From: Octopus sinensis
Taxonomy: Eukaryota
Length of the DNA stretch: 64,000 nucleotides
Assembly: GCF_006345805.1 (NCBI RefSeq)
Contig: NC_042997.1
Coordinates: 34,782,001-34,846,000 of the forward strand
Direction: 5' to 3'
The notes beneath the pieces were generated by a model that ran no database searches, was not told the DNA's origin, and worked only from the letters and a program-made list of their open reading frames with translations. Each line of letters opens with the position of its first letter. Position 1 is the stretch's first letter. Below are positions 27,413 to 41,300 of this stretch, one piece after another. The position numbers were made by a program, and so were the translations under genes.

Positions 27413-27414
<2 letters not shown>
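27090..27414 (+). repeat. Dispersed repeat family R1, second copy
   Basis: Homologous to 15722-16020 in the opposite orientation. Confidence 0.75.
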
Positions 27415-27489
<75 letters not shown>

Positions 27490-27520
27490 AATCTATCAAT
27501 CTATCTATCTATCTATCTAT
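27415..27520. repeat. (TCTA)n microsatellite
   Basis: Direct reading. Confidence 0.95.
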
Positions 27521-27624
27521 ATGTATGTAAGCATGTATGTATGAGTGTGTTTATGTATATACATATGTAGGCATATTGGAACATGACCATGAAAGTTGTA
27601 ATCGAGAGACACAAAGGAAGACAA

Positions 27625-27698
<74 letters not shown>

Positions 27699-27704
27699 GT
27701 ATAC

Positions 27705-27842
27705 GACGTGATTATTTCAGGTTCCGTCTATCAAATGCACTCTCAGGCTTTGTGTAGACGACACTCGCACAAGGTGCCACGCAGTGGGACTTAACCATGT
27801 ATTTGGGAAGCCGCTTTTTATCAGACGGTCACGTCTTCGCCT
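27705..27842 (-). mobile_element. Degenerate SINE family A 5' half
   Basis: CAAGGTGCCACGCAGTGGGAC and CCGTCTATCAAATGCACTC match the family A reverse complement. Confidence 0.6.
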
Positions 27843-27916
27843 ATATATATATATATATATGAACTTTTGGTTGATGTTTCTATTCCTACAACTATGTGAG
27901 CAAGATATGGAACATA

Positions 27917-28133
27917 TTTGAGGGCGTTCTGAGAAGTTCCTGACTTCAAGAGTATCGCGTGTGGCCTAGTTAGAGGTCCAACCTTTCGAGTTCTTTTATA
28001 GGGATCAACCACTGAAAGACCGCAACAATATGTGTGTGAATCTGAAAGGGAAATATGTTGTATAAAATAGTTAACTGATCCTGCTGTATCTTCTTTTACT
28101 CTAAACCAGGACATTTTCTGCACTCCGTTATAT
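27917..28133. mobile_element. Mariner-derived miniature element
   Basis: Degenerate TIRs GAGGGCGTTCTGAGAAGTTCCTG / CCAGGACATTTTCTGCACTCCG; internal TGTGTGAATCTGAAAGGGAAATATGTT resembles a mariner C-terminus (CVNLKGKYV). Confidence 0.55.
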
Positions 28134-28272
28134 GGTTATTATTGGCTCATTTGTTTCCAGAATATAAGAGTACTATTAATGCCTCCAGCTATTCTCTCGT
28201 ACGTTTCAACAGATGTCTGAAAAAATGTTATCTATCACACTTTGGCATTTCGTCAAATGAAGAAATGTTTAA

Positions 28273-28695
28273 GGCGTAGGAGTAGCTGTGTGGTAAGTAG
28301 CTTGTTTACCAACCACATGGTTCCGGGTTCAGTCCCACTGCGTGGCACGCTGGGCAAGTGTCTTCTACTATAGCCTCGGGCCAACCAAAGCCTTGTGAGT
28401 GGATTTGGTTGACGGAACCTGAAAGAAGCCCGTCGTATATATGTATATATATATATATATATTATTGTGTGTATATGTTTGTGTGTCTGTGTTTGTAACC
28501 CCAACATCACTTGACAACCGATGCTGGTGTGTTTACGTCACCGTAACTTAGCGGTTCGGCAAAAGGGACCGATAGAATAAGTACTAGGTTTACAAAGAAT
28601 AAGTCCTGGGGTCGATTTGCTCGACTAAAGGCGGTGCTCCAGCATGGCCGCAGTCATATGACTGAAGCAAGCAAAAGATTAAAAGAGTAAGAGAG
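28273..28695 (+). mobile_element. SINE family A, full length
   Basis: Head GGCGTAGGAGTAGCTGTGTGG, B-box GGTTCAGTCCC, internal (TA)/(TG) tract and family tail. Confidence 0.95.
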
Positions 28696-28782
28696 ATATC
28701 TGATTACTTCAATAAAGCTTCAAAAGACTGTAGTTATAACTTTTAGCAAAGGGGAGAAAATTTGTGAATGCATAACAACAAA

Positions 28783-29078
28783 TCTATATATATAAAACTG
28801 TAGTTGTGTGAGTGTCTGTCCCCTTCGATTTAGATTCCTAACTACTCCCACATTTTGCGGTGCAGTGTAACCAAAACCGGGTATCTTATAGTCGTGATTC
28901 ATATCGAGACCTTCCGGGTATTAGCGCGCGTCTACGATGAGTCTACGATTAAAAAAAAAAAATTACCATCTTTTTAATCCATTTTTCGCTCGGTTTTATA
29001 TAAGGGAAGTAACTCTCTAAAAATTCTTATATAGTTATTTCCCTTACAAATCCGATCAACGCCGGGCGATACTGCTAG
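28783..29078 (+). mobile_element. Non-autonomous Helitron-type element (family H1)
   Basis: A|TCTATATATATAAAA...CCGATCAACGCCGGGCGATACTGCTAG|T. Confidence 0.88.
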
Positions 29079-29970
29079 TGTTTTATAAAAATTTACAGCA
29101 TGGACGTTAATCTAAAATCGGAAATGCAAGTTTTACATACTGAATTGTCTCTGAGTATTTCTAAATGGAAACCACATCTTTAACCGGAACTAAAAGTTGG
29201 CTATAGTTACAAACGTACCAGAAATATTAAGAATCCGAATTCTAGAATTAACGGAAGTAATCACAATAACAACCTTCCGTATACTATGAGCTACAGTGCA
29301 ATTGTGACTTTATGTTCATTAGGAGTACGCTTTTCCATTTGTGGCGCATGATTCCTAGATCAAGAATGAAACCCAACCTCAGGTTATTTCCTAGTTTCGA
29401 GATCTTGTACGTTACATGTAATTTTTTTTATTTTGAAATTTTGTTTTGTTTTCCTTAAGTATCATTTAATCGATCGAAGCACCAGGAGCTTAATGCCGCG
29501 GTCACACCGTGCAATATATAAAGTGTTATGAATATTAATAATATTGAGAAAAAAAAATGTTATTCAAAAGCCTGATGGACTGATATATTTCTGGATAAAA
29601 GATTATTTTAAAGAATTTTTAAGAGTAGTAACAGATAAAAATGTTTTTAAATTCAAGAGCTTTATAAAAGACAGAAATTGCTTTTAACTAGAAGCACCAA
29701 CGATGAAATATTAAAATAAAATAACGACAAGAGCTGAAAGAAAAACAACAAAAATGGCAGACAAAATTATATTAGCAAGGTAGATAAATTAAGCGACTAT
29801 GAATAGCAGAGGGAAAGAATTTTTTGAAGTACAAAATAAAGAAACAATCAATATGTAGCGGTTATATTTACCCATGAAATCGCGTGCACTAATACAGTAA
29901 TCCATACGAGTACTTCAGCCCGTACATATAGATAAACACACACAAACACACACACACACACACATACACA

Positions 29971-30010
<40 letters not shown>

Positions 30011-30428
30011 AAACGCATGCACACACACACAGACACACAGGCACACGGAGGTACATACGATATTATACTCATTCGCACATGTATGTGTTTGAAAATTGTG
30101 CAAGAGTATGTTTATATATGTGTATATGTGTTTGTGTGCGTATTTGTGCATATATATGTGTGTGTGTGTGTGTGTATGTGTACCGATCAGTAATTTCATT
30201 TTAAATAGATTTTTAATCGTTCTAGATACTTGGGATTACAAGAGACGTTGCTAATATGAACCAAAATTAGTATCTAACCACTAGAAATCTCTTAATTAAA
30301 CATCAAAGAAAATGAGATACTCACACAAAACGATATTCAACCACGCGACACTCGCACACATTGGCATAAATACACTTAAACACACACATATACATATTAC
30401 CTACATATACATATATATGTATAAAATA

Positions 30429-30500
<72 letters not shown>

Positions 30501-31164
30501 CATATATATGCGTGTGTATGTATGTGTGAGCGTGTGTGTGTCTGTATGTGTTTGTACATATGTATCTATGTATGTTTGTATGTATGTATACTATACATAC
30601 ACACGTTCGTATAATACACATACTAGCATGCATATATGCAAGGGTATTTATCCGGCAAGCTATAGGACACCAACAACATTAACAAGAATATTAAACTATC
30701 ATATACCAGCTAGATTAATGTACACATCTAACTTAGAATATTTCTCTTCTGCTATCCAGGAAGAGGAACTGGCTACTAATTTCGCTATTTGCATTGTAAT
30801 TGTATTGCGAAAAGACACTTCAAACAGAACTACTTTGCTCTGAACTTCTGCTCATAGAAACATGTATGACGATGACCACCTCCACTCTTGTTCTCACAAG
30901 GGTGTTTATCAAAGACTATGCCATATGTCACTCGATTGTGTTCTTGCTCGTGCCGACCTTGCATTTATCTGCTTCTCATCTATTCTAAAAGTTTCTGAAG
31001 TTATGTATTTGAATATTCAACGTCCCTAGAATCTCGATTTCTTTTGTATTAGTTCGATAGATGCATACATACATACATACGTACGTACATGCATAATCAA
31101 TCTCCTAAACCCAAAATCCTTGCTTCAATGGTCACCCTATCTCTCCTGTCACACACTAAGAATG

Positions 31165-32615
31165 CTACAACTACCTACGCATTGATAAAAATAAATGATA
31201 CAGAGGCATTGAAAAATAAAGATAAAGTGACCAAAGAATATTATGCCAGACTTATAAAAATATGGCAGTCGGAACTCTCCTCTTACACCAAGGTAATATA
31301 CCACAATGCACATGCAATACCAGTGCTGATTCCATCATTTGGGGTACTTAACTGGTCTTAACAGTGCTGAGTTCAACATTTGGGATATTTAACAAGAAAT
31401 CCATTACATAGACGTTAAAACCCGCAAAGTACTGAGATCAACTGGAAATCCCTATGGCAATAGTGATATCGACAGGTTCTACATAAGATGTGATAAAGTA
31501 AGTAGAGGCTGGAGATCAGTGAAGACAGACTTCAAGTATTGTATAGTCTATCAGAAACAGCACTTGTTAAACAACAGCAGCGAAAATAAACACATTAACT
31601 TAGTGCTGAACATTGAAGAGAAAAATATTCTACGTGTAGTCAGCGTGCTCTCTGGATGCGCTCTCGTCTTTACGAGCTCCCAAACATTCCCAAAATACTC
31701 GGACTAACATATTTCAGATATTACTAGCAAGTGAAACGCTCAGCATACTAAGGGTAGACTGCACATGTGTATGTTTCCTGAATTCGTGAAGAAGACAGTA
31801 ACATTGGTTTCAGATTTTGGCACAGGGTTAGCAAGTTGGTAGGTGGAACACACCGATTACATCAAATCCTTTGTGCAACTGGTACATATTTTATCAACTC
31901 CGAAAGGATGAAAGGCAAAGATGACCACAGCGGAATTTGGACTCAGAAGACTAATATTGACATGTGGCGAAGACTCTCTTGGACTCCAGACCGCTTCATC
32001 ACATCACACTTCGAAGGCTGTACATTTGCAAACCAACAACTGGAGATTTTTTACGAAATACCTAATAAATAAAAGAGAATGTGAAGCCCCAAATTGTCAC
32101 CAAGTTATACACGCATATACATCAAAATCATTGGCTAGCGTTGTCGCAAACACGGTATATAATGCCATTCGGAAAAAATTGTCCTCCAAAAAATATAGAG
32201 AACCTCTTGTTATTGAAGACATACAGAAACATCATCACAAGGGATACTAGTGGAACATTCCCATCAAAACGTCTTTCAAATGTAAACATAACTGACCGGA
32301 TATTGTTGTTTGGGGCTCAAGAAAAAGTACGAACAGACATAGAAGTCAACTGTCTTACTGGTGGGAATGTTTCTTTGACAGTTAAAGAGAAACAGTTTGA
32401 GTATGGTCAAAAGCTTCGAAACCTTCAACTTCTATATCCGGATTAGAAATTAACATTTATGCCAGTAATGACTGGCGGACTTGGATTTGTGTGTAAATGC
32501 CTAAATGACAATCTGGATGAGCTAAGGTTTTCAGTAACAAGCTAACTCGCGCATTACAAATCCAGTCAGTAAGTGGAACAGAAAAAATATGCAAGTCTTT
32601 ATCAAGATTAAAAGG
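31165..32615 (+). mobile_element. R4/Dong-clade non-LTR retrotransposon 3' fragment with restriction-like endonuclease
   Basis: KVTKEYYARLIKIWQSELSSY...AIPVLIPSFGVLNWS; WNIPIKTSFKCKHN*PDIVVW; EK...LRNLQLLYPD...FMPVMTGGLG; many stops and frameshifts. Confidence 0.8.
31805..31955 (-). mobile_element. SINE family B fragment inside the R4-like LINE
   Basis: CCGAAAGGATGAAAGGCAAAG...GCGGAATTTGGACTCAGAA core. Confidence 0.75.
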
Positions 32616-32723
32616 TTTCATTGTCTTTGTTATCTACATTCCGACGATTGACTTTTATATCTTTGGTAGAAACCAGTTCCTTCTTCAAAGGAAAACTTAA
32701 ATAATCAAGAACATAGATATTTG

Positions 32724-32765
<42 letters not shown>

Positions 32766-32806
32766 TATACACAGACAGACACACACACACATACACACAC
32801 ACACAA

Positions 32807-32860
<54 letters not shown>

Positions 32861-33563
32861 GTACAGAGAGTGACAGAGAGAGAGAGAGAGAGCAAGAAAG
32901 AGAAAGAAAGAGAGAAAATAAATCAAACTATCATACCGTGATTAAAAGTTTCATGGAGAGCAAGACTAAATCTATGTGATTCGATTGAATCACATCATTT
33001 TCCGCAATGTTTCTATCTATGGCAGCACATTATGATTATCTACTAGGGCGAGCATCTCAGCAAAAAACTCACACACGCACACACACACACACACATACAC
33101 CCACACACACACACATGGAATTACATAAACGGATATACATCAAAATCATTGGCAAGCGTTTGCATAGATTTAAACAGTTTCGTGGAGTTTTTTTATTTAT
33201 TATTATTCTGTTGGAGCGGTATTTTGAAGTCTAGTGTGACAACTGGAAAGTCATTACGATGTAGAAAAACATCTTAATTTCACCAAGAAAGCATTGTTTC
33301 AAACACCTAATTGTAAATACGAAATATTTGACCAAGTGAATGCGTTAGAATGCTTCCTTTTATCTAGAGCCCGACTGCCAGCAAATCCGCAAATATATTC
33401 GGATTCAAAGCACGGAAATGACTTTCCCGTATAAAAGACCTTGAGGATTTCAAAGTTGATACGATAAGCACCATCCAAAAGTAAGATAGTAAAATCAAGG
33501 CGTCGTTCTAATCCTTTCTAGACTTTTTAAACAATTATTTGTAAAAAATTAAAACAAACAATA

Positions 33564-33967
33564 GGCGCAGCAGTGGCTGTGTGGTAAGTAGCTTGCTAAC
33601 CAACCACATGGTTCCGGGTTCAGTCCCACTGCGTGGCATCTTGGGCAAGTGTCTTCTGCTATAGCCCCGGGCCGACCAATGCCTTGTGAGGGGATTTGGT
33701 AGACGGAAACTGAAAGAAGCCTGTCGTATATATATGTATATATGTGTGTATGTGTTTGTGTGTCTGTGTTTGTCCCCCTAGCATTGCATGACAACCGATG
33801 CTGGTGTGTTTACGTCCCCGTCAGTTAGCGGTTCGGCAAAAGAGACCGATAGAATAAGTACTGGGCTTACAAAGAATAAGTCCCGGGGTCTATTTGCTCG
33901 AGTAAAGGCGGTGCTCCAGCATGGCCGCAGTCAAATGACTGAAACAAGTAAAAGAGTAAAAGAGTAA
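33564..33967 (+). mobile_element. SINE family A, full length, young subfamily
   Basis: Near-identical to 48010-48420 and to the reverse complement of 55940-56355; (AAAGAGT)n tail. Confidence 0.95.
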
Positions 33968-34541
33968 ACATTTAATGTACACATTCTTGCCCACAACGTA
34001 AAGAATATACACGAAAGAAACATTTTCAAATACAAACTAATTATTTCGAACGCCACAACCAAAATATGCAGCAAAATAGCATCCTAAAATATAATGGCGT
34101 ACGCACCAAAGCGAAGGCACTAGCCGCCTACCTAAATATAGAAGTTCGAACAAATCGGTTCACTCCACATCCCCCTTTATATCACGCGTAAGGACCACTG
34201 CCCTAACTTCCTTACATCACTCTACGCAGGCTAGTAAACTCCTTTATGTGCAAAATAGTAATTTTAAGTAAACAAGATAAGCTAGGTTATAAAGAGGGCT
34301 GGGTCTGCTGAACTCATTCAGATATTTATCGTAGGTACTTTCGAAAACATCCACACATCCACAATTCGGCGTTTTATATGACTCAGGGCCTGGAAATTAT
34401 ATGTAGTTGACTGAGTATATTGTCGAATAAACAAAAACCGAATTGCTGGATGTCTCCAGAGAAACATCCAATAATTTCACAGACCTTAAAACAGCTAAAG
34501 AAACCTCATCGAGGAACATGTTTAAATCCACAGTTGAAAAC

Positions 34542-34750
34542 AGTTGTGGGGATAATAGTAATAACAGTACACCTCTCCCATGTGACGAGTGGTATAACCT
34601 AGTCGCTATAAATTAGGTGAGTCGGTCAGTATATCTATAGAGAGAGTAAGAAATAGACTTTCTTAGATAGTCGTATCCTTACTGGTCTAACAATTATATT
34701 GCTATACCGATGTGAGCGTAATAACAACCCGACATTAAGGGATTATAACA
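34542..34750 (+). repeat. 5' LTR
   Basis: Direct repeat of 36466-36677; ends in ACA. Confidence 0.9.
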
Positions 34751-35218
34751 ATAGCGACGATGAATTAACAAACTCACAAGGAATTACTGACAAAAGTTTT
34801 TTTGTGGGAATTTACAGAAAACAAAATTCGTAAAATTATGGAAATTTTGTTGGCCACTTTACTCGAGTAGCAACTGCAGCAACTGAAAGAACAACAGCAG
34901 CTACAAAGGCAATAAAAACAGCAGCAACTGAAAGAACAACAACAGCAGCTACCACTACAAGAACAACAGCAGAAGCAATAACAACAATAATTACTATTAC
35001 AGTAGCAAAAGCTGCAATTAATGAATAGTGAGTCGTCAGGGAATGCAGAAAAAATGTTCTCGCCAGATTATGTTGCGAGCTCGATAACAGAGTTTGAGAA
35101 CGAACCGTACGAAAGAGTTATCTTTGAGGTGTACTATAGAAGATACGAACAAATCCTTAATAAAGAGTGCAAAGATGGGGACGGCGATATGAAAGCGAGT
35201 TTAACCTTAAGAAAACTG

Positions 35219-35730
35219 GCCCAAAATGGATAGCGAAATCGAAAATTTCGTGAAAGGCTGTAGAGGATGTTCTCCAGTGGCAAAATTACCGACGATAAAA
35301 AATGAACCTTGGCAAAAAGTAGATGCTTTGTGGCCGAGACTAGACATCGATTTCGCTAGTCCTTTACACGGTTCATACTACTGAGTGGTAGTTTATAGTT
35401 TCTGTAAATGGCCAGAAACTTGTTAGTGTAAGAAAACCTGCCTCCTCAACTGTGACAAATTTTTTACATGAACTGTTTGCGAGATTTGGCATCCGAGACG
35501 CGATAGTGTCTGACAATGGAACGTAATGTGTGTCTTTTGAGTTTAGAACACATAACTACGGTTCCATACCATCCCAGATCTAACGGATAGGCAGAACGCG
35601 TCATTGATATGTTCAAGAGAGCACTAAGAAGGTCAAATAAGGAAGTCACGGATGTGGTAGCTCTACAACAACTCTTAAGTGTATATCGTGTGACACAAAA
35701 TCCAACTACATCAGCAACTATGTACCCAAT
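35219..35730 (+). pseudogene. Gypsy integrase remnant
   Basis: WPKMDSEIENFVKGCRGC...WPRLDIDFA...ELFARFGIRDAIVSDNGT...PYHPRSNG*AER; stops and frameshifts. Confidence 0.9.
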
Positions 35731-35824
35731 GAAGCTGATGTTGGCTTCGATAAATTCCTACCTGGGAAGAAAAAAGAAATTGCAATTGACGAGAAGGTAT
35801 TTGTGAGGGTATATTTGAACGGAA

Positions 35825-36063
35825 TATTATAAGGCGGCGAGCTGGCAGAAACGTTAGCACGCCGGGCGAAATGCTTAGCGGTATTTCGTCTGCCGTTACG
35901 TTGTGAGTTCAAATTCCGCCGAGGTCGACTTTGCCTTTCATCCTTTCGGAGTCGATAAATTAAGTACCAGTTACGCACTGGGGTCGATGTAATCGACTTA
36001 ATACCTATGTCTGTCATTGTTTGTCCCCTCTATGTTTAGCTCCTTGTGAGCAATAAAGAAATA
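35825..36063 (+). mobile_element. SINE family B (tail type 1) nested in the Gypsy element
   Basis: Full head GGCGGCGAGCTGGCAG; perfect 17-bp TSD GGTATATTTGAACGGAA at 35808-35824 and 36064-36080. Confidence 0.95.
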
Positions 36064-36465
36064 GGTATATTTGAACGGAAAACAGAGTTGGGAAGATAGC
36101 GTGATGGCATAGGAAAAATGCTATACTTCGTAAAAAGTAGAAAAAGCGTATATATGAGACATATAAACCAACTGAAAAATAGATTCGTTGAGAGCGAACC
36201 CAAGAAAATGGAAGAGCCAACGAAATGTTTAAATGATACTATTCAGGTACCATCACCATTACACGTGATTGAACCCATGTGCACAAGCGTAAAACAACGT
36301 ACGGAGTTTCTGGAAGTGGATATCAGACGGAAAAAGGATATTAAATGTGTAACTAAGAAAAAGAACTCAAAAAAGGAGGTGGGTTGATATGAAAATTATT
36401 GCTTAATAAAAAAAACAAAACAAAGTGACACCCCCTAAGAAGAAATAACATCTTGAAAGGGGAGA

Positions 36466-36677
36466 TTTTGTGGGGATAATAATAATAATGGTACACGCCA
36501 CCCACGCGACGAGTGAAATAACCTAGTCGCTATAAATAAGGTGACGTCGGTCAGTATATAGAGAGAGAGAGAGTAGAAAATAGACTTTCTTAGATAGTCG
36601 TGTCCTTACTGGTCTAACAACTATACTGCTTTACCGAAGTGGGCGTTATAACAATCTGGCATTAAGGGATTACAACA
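36466..36677 (+). repeat. 3' LTR
   Basis: Follows the polypurine tract; ends ACAACA. Confidence 0.9.
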
Positions 36678-37830
36678 GAAACCAAGTAACAAGTATCAGC
36701 AGAAGAAACTTCAGTCTCCTCTTTTATGAGAGATATTCAACGGTGTAGTCAAACCCTTTTGCTAAAGTACTGAAGATCAATGACTGTATTGATGAATTAG
36801 TGAATACAAACGACCACTTCTCCTCAAATAAATTTAAAAATTAAAGGTATCTGGCTGAAATTATGTTCTGTGGACGTCCCCAGACGATGAAGAAGGCTAG
36901 CCCACTACGCAGATATTGAGGGAGAAGTCTAGACTTCTAGAGTTGAGAAGAGGTAATCGGAACGTGCGATATAACAAATTATTAGTTCAATTGTTGTTAA
37001 ATGACATATGTAGCTCGAAATAATTGTGTCTTTTATTTGCTCTTGTTTGCTGTATGACGACATTACATTAGTACTTTAAAATTTTCCTTAGACATTCCTA
37101 TTTCCTATATTGATTGTGGAACAACATTCTGAAATATACTTAACAAGAAGGTGAACTGACTATAAAGAGGCAAGTATCGCTCAACACAAAGGCACCGGAA
37201 CGGCAACTATGGTGTCGCTTTCTTACTGTACCGGTGGCTATTTCACAAGCGTACCTGTCTCTTCACCCTGCCTTTTCTACATCAAAGATTACTTTTTCAG
37301 AGAAATGGGTCATATCATGCAAAGTTCATTCAGGCACTTTCAGCTTAGAGGTCCCTTAGTCTTTTATCATGAACATTGAGGTCATATTTTACTCACTCCT
37401 TCTACATATGCACAACATTTCACTACAATTATCTCTCCGCTCATGTTTCTCTGCCTCTCCCAACTCGCACCTATTGAAAACGATTATTAAGTGCGCCAGT
37501 CTCACTGATTCCAGAGGGGCTTTGAAGATCACGGACCCTACCTCTTGCTCCAGACGGAATATATGAAAGAAAGAAATATCAAACATATTTTATCATGTCC
37601 ATATATCCATTTAGTTTTAGTTTTACCTTATATAGCGTCGTCTGATTTATCGACACTTGTTAGTTTTTCCATCTATCTTATTTTCAAATAACTTATCTCT
37701 TATATTGCATTTAATTCTCCATTCACGCATTGTCTTCTAACTTACTTCGACGCTATTCTACTGTTTTGGCTTCCATCATCTTACTTTTCTCCGTCTCATA
37801 TTTCGCTCTATATGTAAATATACCTGTTTG

Positions 37831-37854
<24 letters not shown>

Positions 37855-37873
<19 letters not shown>

Positions 37874-38042
37874 ATATGTATGTATGTATGTATATATATA
37901 TGTATGTATGTATGTATATATATATGTATGTATATATATATGTATGTATGTATGTATATATATATGTATGTATGTATGTATATATATATGTATGTATGTA
38001 TGTATATATATATGTATGTATGTATATGTATATATGTGTGTA

Positions 38043-38085
<43 letters not shown>
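37855..38085. repeat. Higher-order (TA)n(TGTA)n microsatellite with mostly 20-bp and some 16-bp units
   Basis: Direct reading. Confidence 0.9.
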
Positions 38086-38088
<3 letters not shown>

Positions 38089-38185
38089 CACACAGACAAC
38101 ATATATATATGCTTACATTGACATAAATATATAAATAACGACCATTTATACATATGTATACACGCATAAATATATGTATAAAATA

Positions 38186-38216
<31 letters not shown>

Positions 38217-38228
38217 ATATATGTATAT

Positions 38229-38322
<94 letters not shown>

Positions 38323-41300
38323 TAGGTGCAGCTCTTTTTACAACGTTTTCTCCTTCTATAAAGCTTTTAACTTCTCCCTTACTCAATGTCTAGCTTTTTT
38401 ACTCAAACCTGTATTTCGCGGCTTTTCTTTGTTTCTTCCTGTCTTCCTCTCTTGCACAGTCTCTCACTGACTCCTTTTCACTGTCTTCTGTATTCACTCA
38501 CATTTCCAATTTATTTTGCTGCGGTAATCGTATTATCATATAACATCGGCCCACATGTGCTGAAAGCATTTCAATGTCTTTTAAGCAGAACATAAAATGC
38601 TAAAATATCTATCTAAAAGAATGGCTACGATACAAAACTTCTGCAAAGAAACTACGAAAGACAGGTTTATTTCATATTTTCTGATTCATAGAAAGTAAGG
38701 TAATTTGTTGGACATTAGTAAAATCTCATAAAAGTACAATCTCTAAGGGTTAAGAGAAAACATTAAACTTCCTCCGGAGGTTTTCTTTAGTAATAATAAA
38801 ACGAAAAAATTATTCTGAGGTTCGATCACATGTTTACTATATCTATACGTAAAATGGACTTCCGTCGCTTTTGATAATAAAGATTGAGTTGTTTTATAAA
38901 CCAAATTATCTACTCGGTGATTCTGAACGTAAATGACTGAGACAAATTTACCCGTAGCTTATTCTCATGTTGACTCTGCGCAACACGGCGTATGGTACGG
39001 CTCTAATTTTAATTACAGGCACAATACACCCGGGAAGCATAGCTTTTGGACTACAGCTTTAACATGGGATAGGACAACTCACTATGAAGGAAATGATAAA
39101 AATGGTTTGAACCCGGGTCATCGTAAATGCATAGAGAAATTGTTTACTCTTTTGGCGTTGGTATGACAACGATTTTGTGCACATATTTCACATTTCGTCG
39201 TGAAATCTTAACTTTACCTGGTAAAACTTTGGAAAATTTGCATTTTAGGTCATAAAAGTGGGATCATGAAGTATTTTGCTGTGCGTATATTGTTTAGGAG
39301 AACTATTCCCCTACAGGTTTGGTATTTTATAGCCAAGGTGGTACCTCGGAGATTCAATACCCTATAGCATTTCCCCCGATCTGCATTGTGCTTCATAACT
39401 ATCTGTTCTAAGATTAATTATAAATATAATTAATATTTCATTGTGAAAGAAAAAGGAAATAAGTTTACTACGGTATAAATAAGAATATATGCAAAAAATG
39501 ATACAACAAAACTGTTAATGACAGGAAGTGGCCTTCAATACGTCTCATGAAAAATGCGGAGATTTTAGTCATAATTTTATTTGATTGTTCTTGCTCGCCA
39601 TATATCAGTGTATCTCTAATGTACATTAGATATTATTTTATGTGTATCCAGCAAAGATTTGAAAATATATTTGAAAGCCAATTTCCCCGACGAGTGTGTT
39701 GCACATCTGTTATGGTGAAGTGCACTGAAAGGATACAAATATTGTGTTTAGTGTTTGACCAGTCATTTATTTTCGTTATTATTATTATTCTTTTGATCAC
39801 AACCTTTTGCCCTCACTTTTTATAAATTACCGACTGGTGGAGCGTATGTGCGTATGTATGTGCCTGCGTATCAAAACGTGTTTCTACATGTGTGCATATT
39901 ATTTGTGCGTATATTTCAAGTTGAAATAGTCACCATGTGTATCGAAATTACACCGTATACAATGCAACTGCATTCAAACTTTATTTATAAGAAAACTTAA
40001 TATGATCATATATACATATATATATATATGTTGTGGGGGAGAGGTGCACTTAAGTACAGCTATAACTGTGTATGTAAATGACATTTCAAAGAACAGAGAA
40101 CGAAGTTAATATAAGTAATGTAACTTAATATAACTGACTGAACAAAGTTGCATTGAATATATTACGTTTTGGGTTAATATTAAACTAAACTTTGTTCCGC
40201 GCTTCGACAGCAGATTCAATAGTTGCAACTATTTTGTCTTGAAAATATGTTATCTTTTAAACAAAATGATGACTTTGTTTTCAAATGAATTTTGTAAGTG
40301 ATTGTTATATATTTTATAGCTGCTTTTATTTATTTAGCAATGAAAAAGTCGTTTATAAAGTTACTATGTCATAAACCGTGTTAGAAAGCAACACCATCAC
40401 ACAGTCAAGCAGAACTGTTGAGAACAAACAACGTTTTGACACCGGCGGCAGTAAAAACAACTACGTTTAATCAAAAGCAGACAATATTTAAAATAGATGT
40501 AAAGCACTAGTGAACTGCTGACTTTGCAATAAGTAGATAGAAAAGCTGTCTCCTCAACAAGAAATAAAATGGATTCATAGGTGTCAAATTAAAATAATAA
40601 TATGGCGTCAGCGTATTATTCAGCAAATACTTTAAAGCGAATAAATATGCAAGATCGAAGGTGTGATGTGGCAAAACATCACAGTTAATATATGGTAGTT
40701 ATAGATTGACACCTTCCACTCGCTTGCTTCATCGTATGACATGGCATGAATGAATAGCATTAAATGAAACAAACTTGCCTCAAAACTGAGAAGTAATTTA
40801 TTGTGCCAAATAGAAAATACATGAAATAAATCTGCAGAATTACTGAAACGATAAAGTTAACAACTATTTTTGCTATGGATGTAATACCTTATGTGTTTAA
40901 TCATTTTAGTAATAACACATTCTGATGCTAAATATTGATAATGTTAGTAAAATTCAAACTACAGCGTGGAGCTAAATATTCTCTGTTCTAATTATTTGCG
41001 AAATTTATATACATAAATTAGTCGAATGAGATACATCAACGAACGATATTGAAGCACTGATTTGTAAAATATTAGACAATGAAATCGATAACGAAAATCA
41101 ATAACCAAAACAAATATAAAATAATTATAAATTACATTAATTGTTTATAATTATATACAAAAATCAAACGACTATTCTGGAAGTTAAGTTTGATTTATTA
41201 GAAATTATTATGACTTAACATTGTACGGATGAATGAAGGAAATATCATATTGCGTTAATTACACCTTAAGAAAGAAGCAAAATTCTGTTTAGCTTCACTG

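Larger units (their letters stand above)
34542..36677 (+). mobile_element. Internally deleted Ty3/Gypsy (Mag-like) LTR retrotransposon
   Basis: LTRs at 34542-34750 and 36466-36677; PBS-like TAGCGACGA; PPT GAAAGGGGAGA; flanks AAAAC/GAAAC (5-bp TSD with 1 mismatch); Q-rich gag start and integrase remnants. Confidence 0.9.

Noticed and set aside
30640-31060. Upstream extension of the R4-like LINE (YPASYRT motif)
   Set aside because: A single weak RT-like motif; the following conserved motifs are not found.
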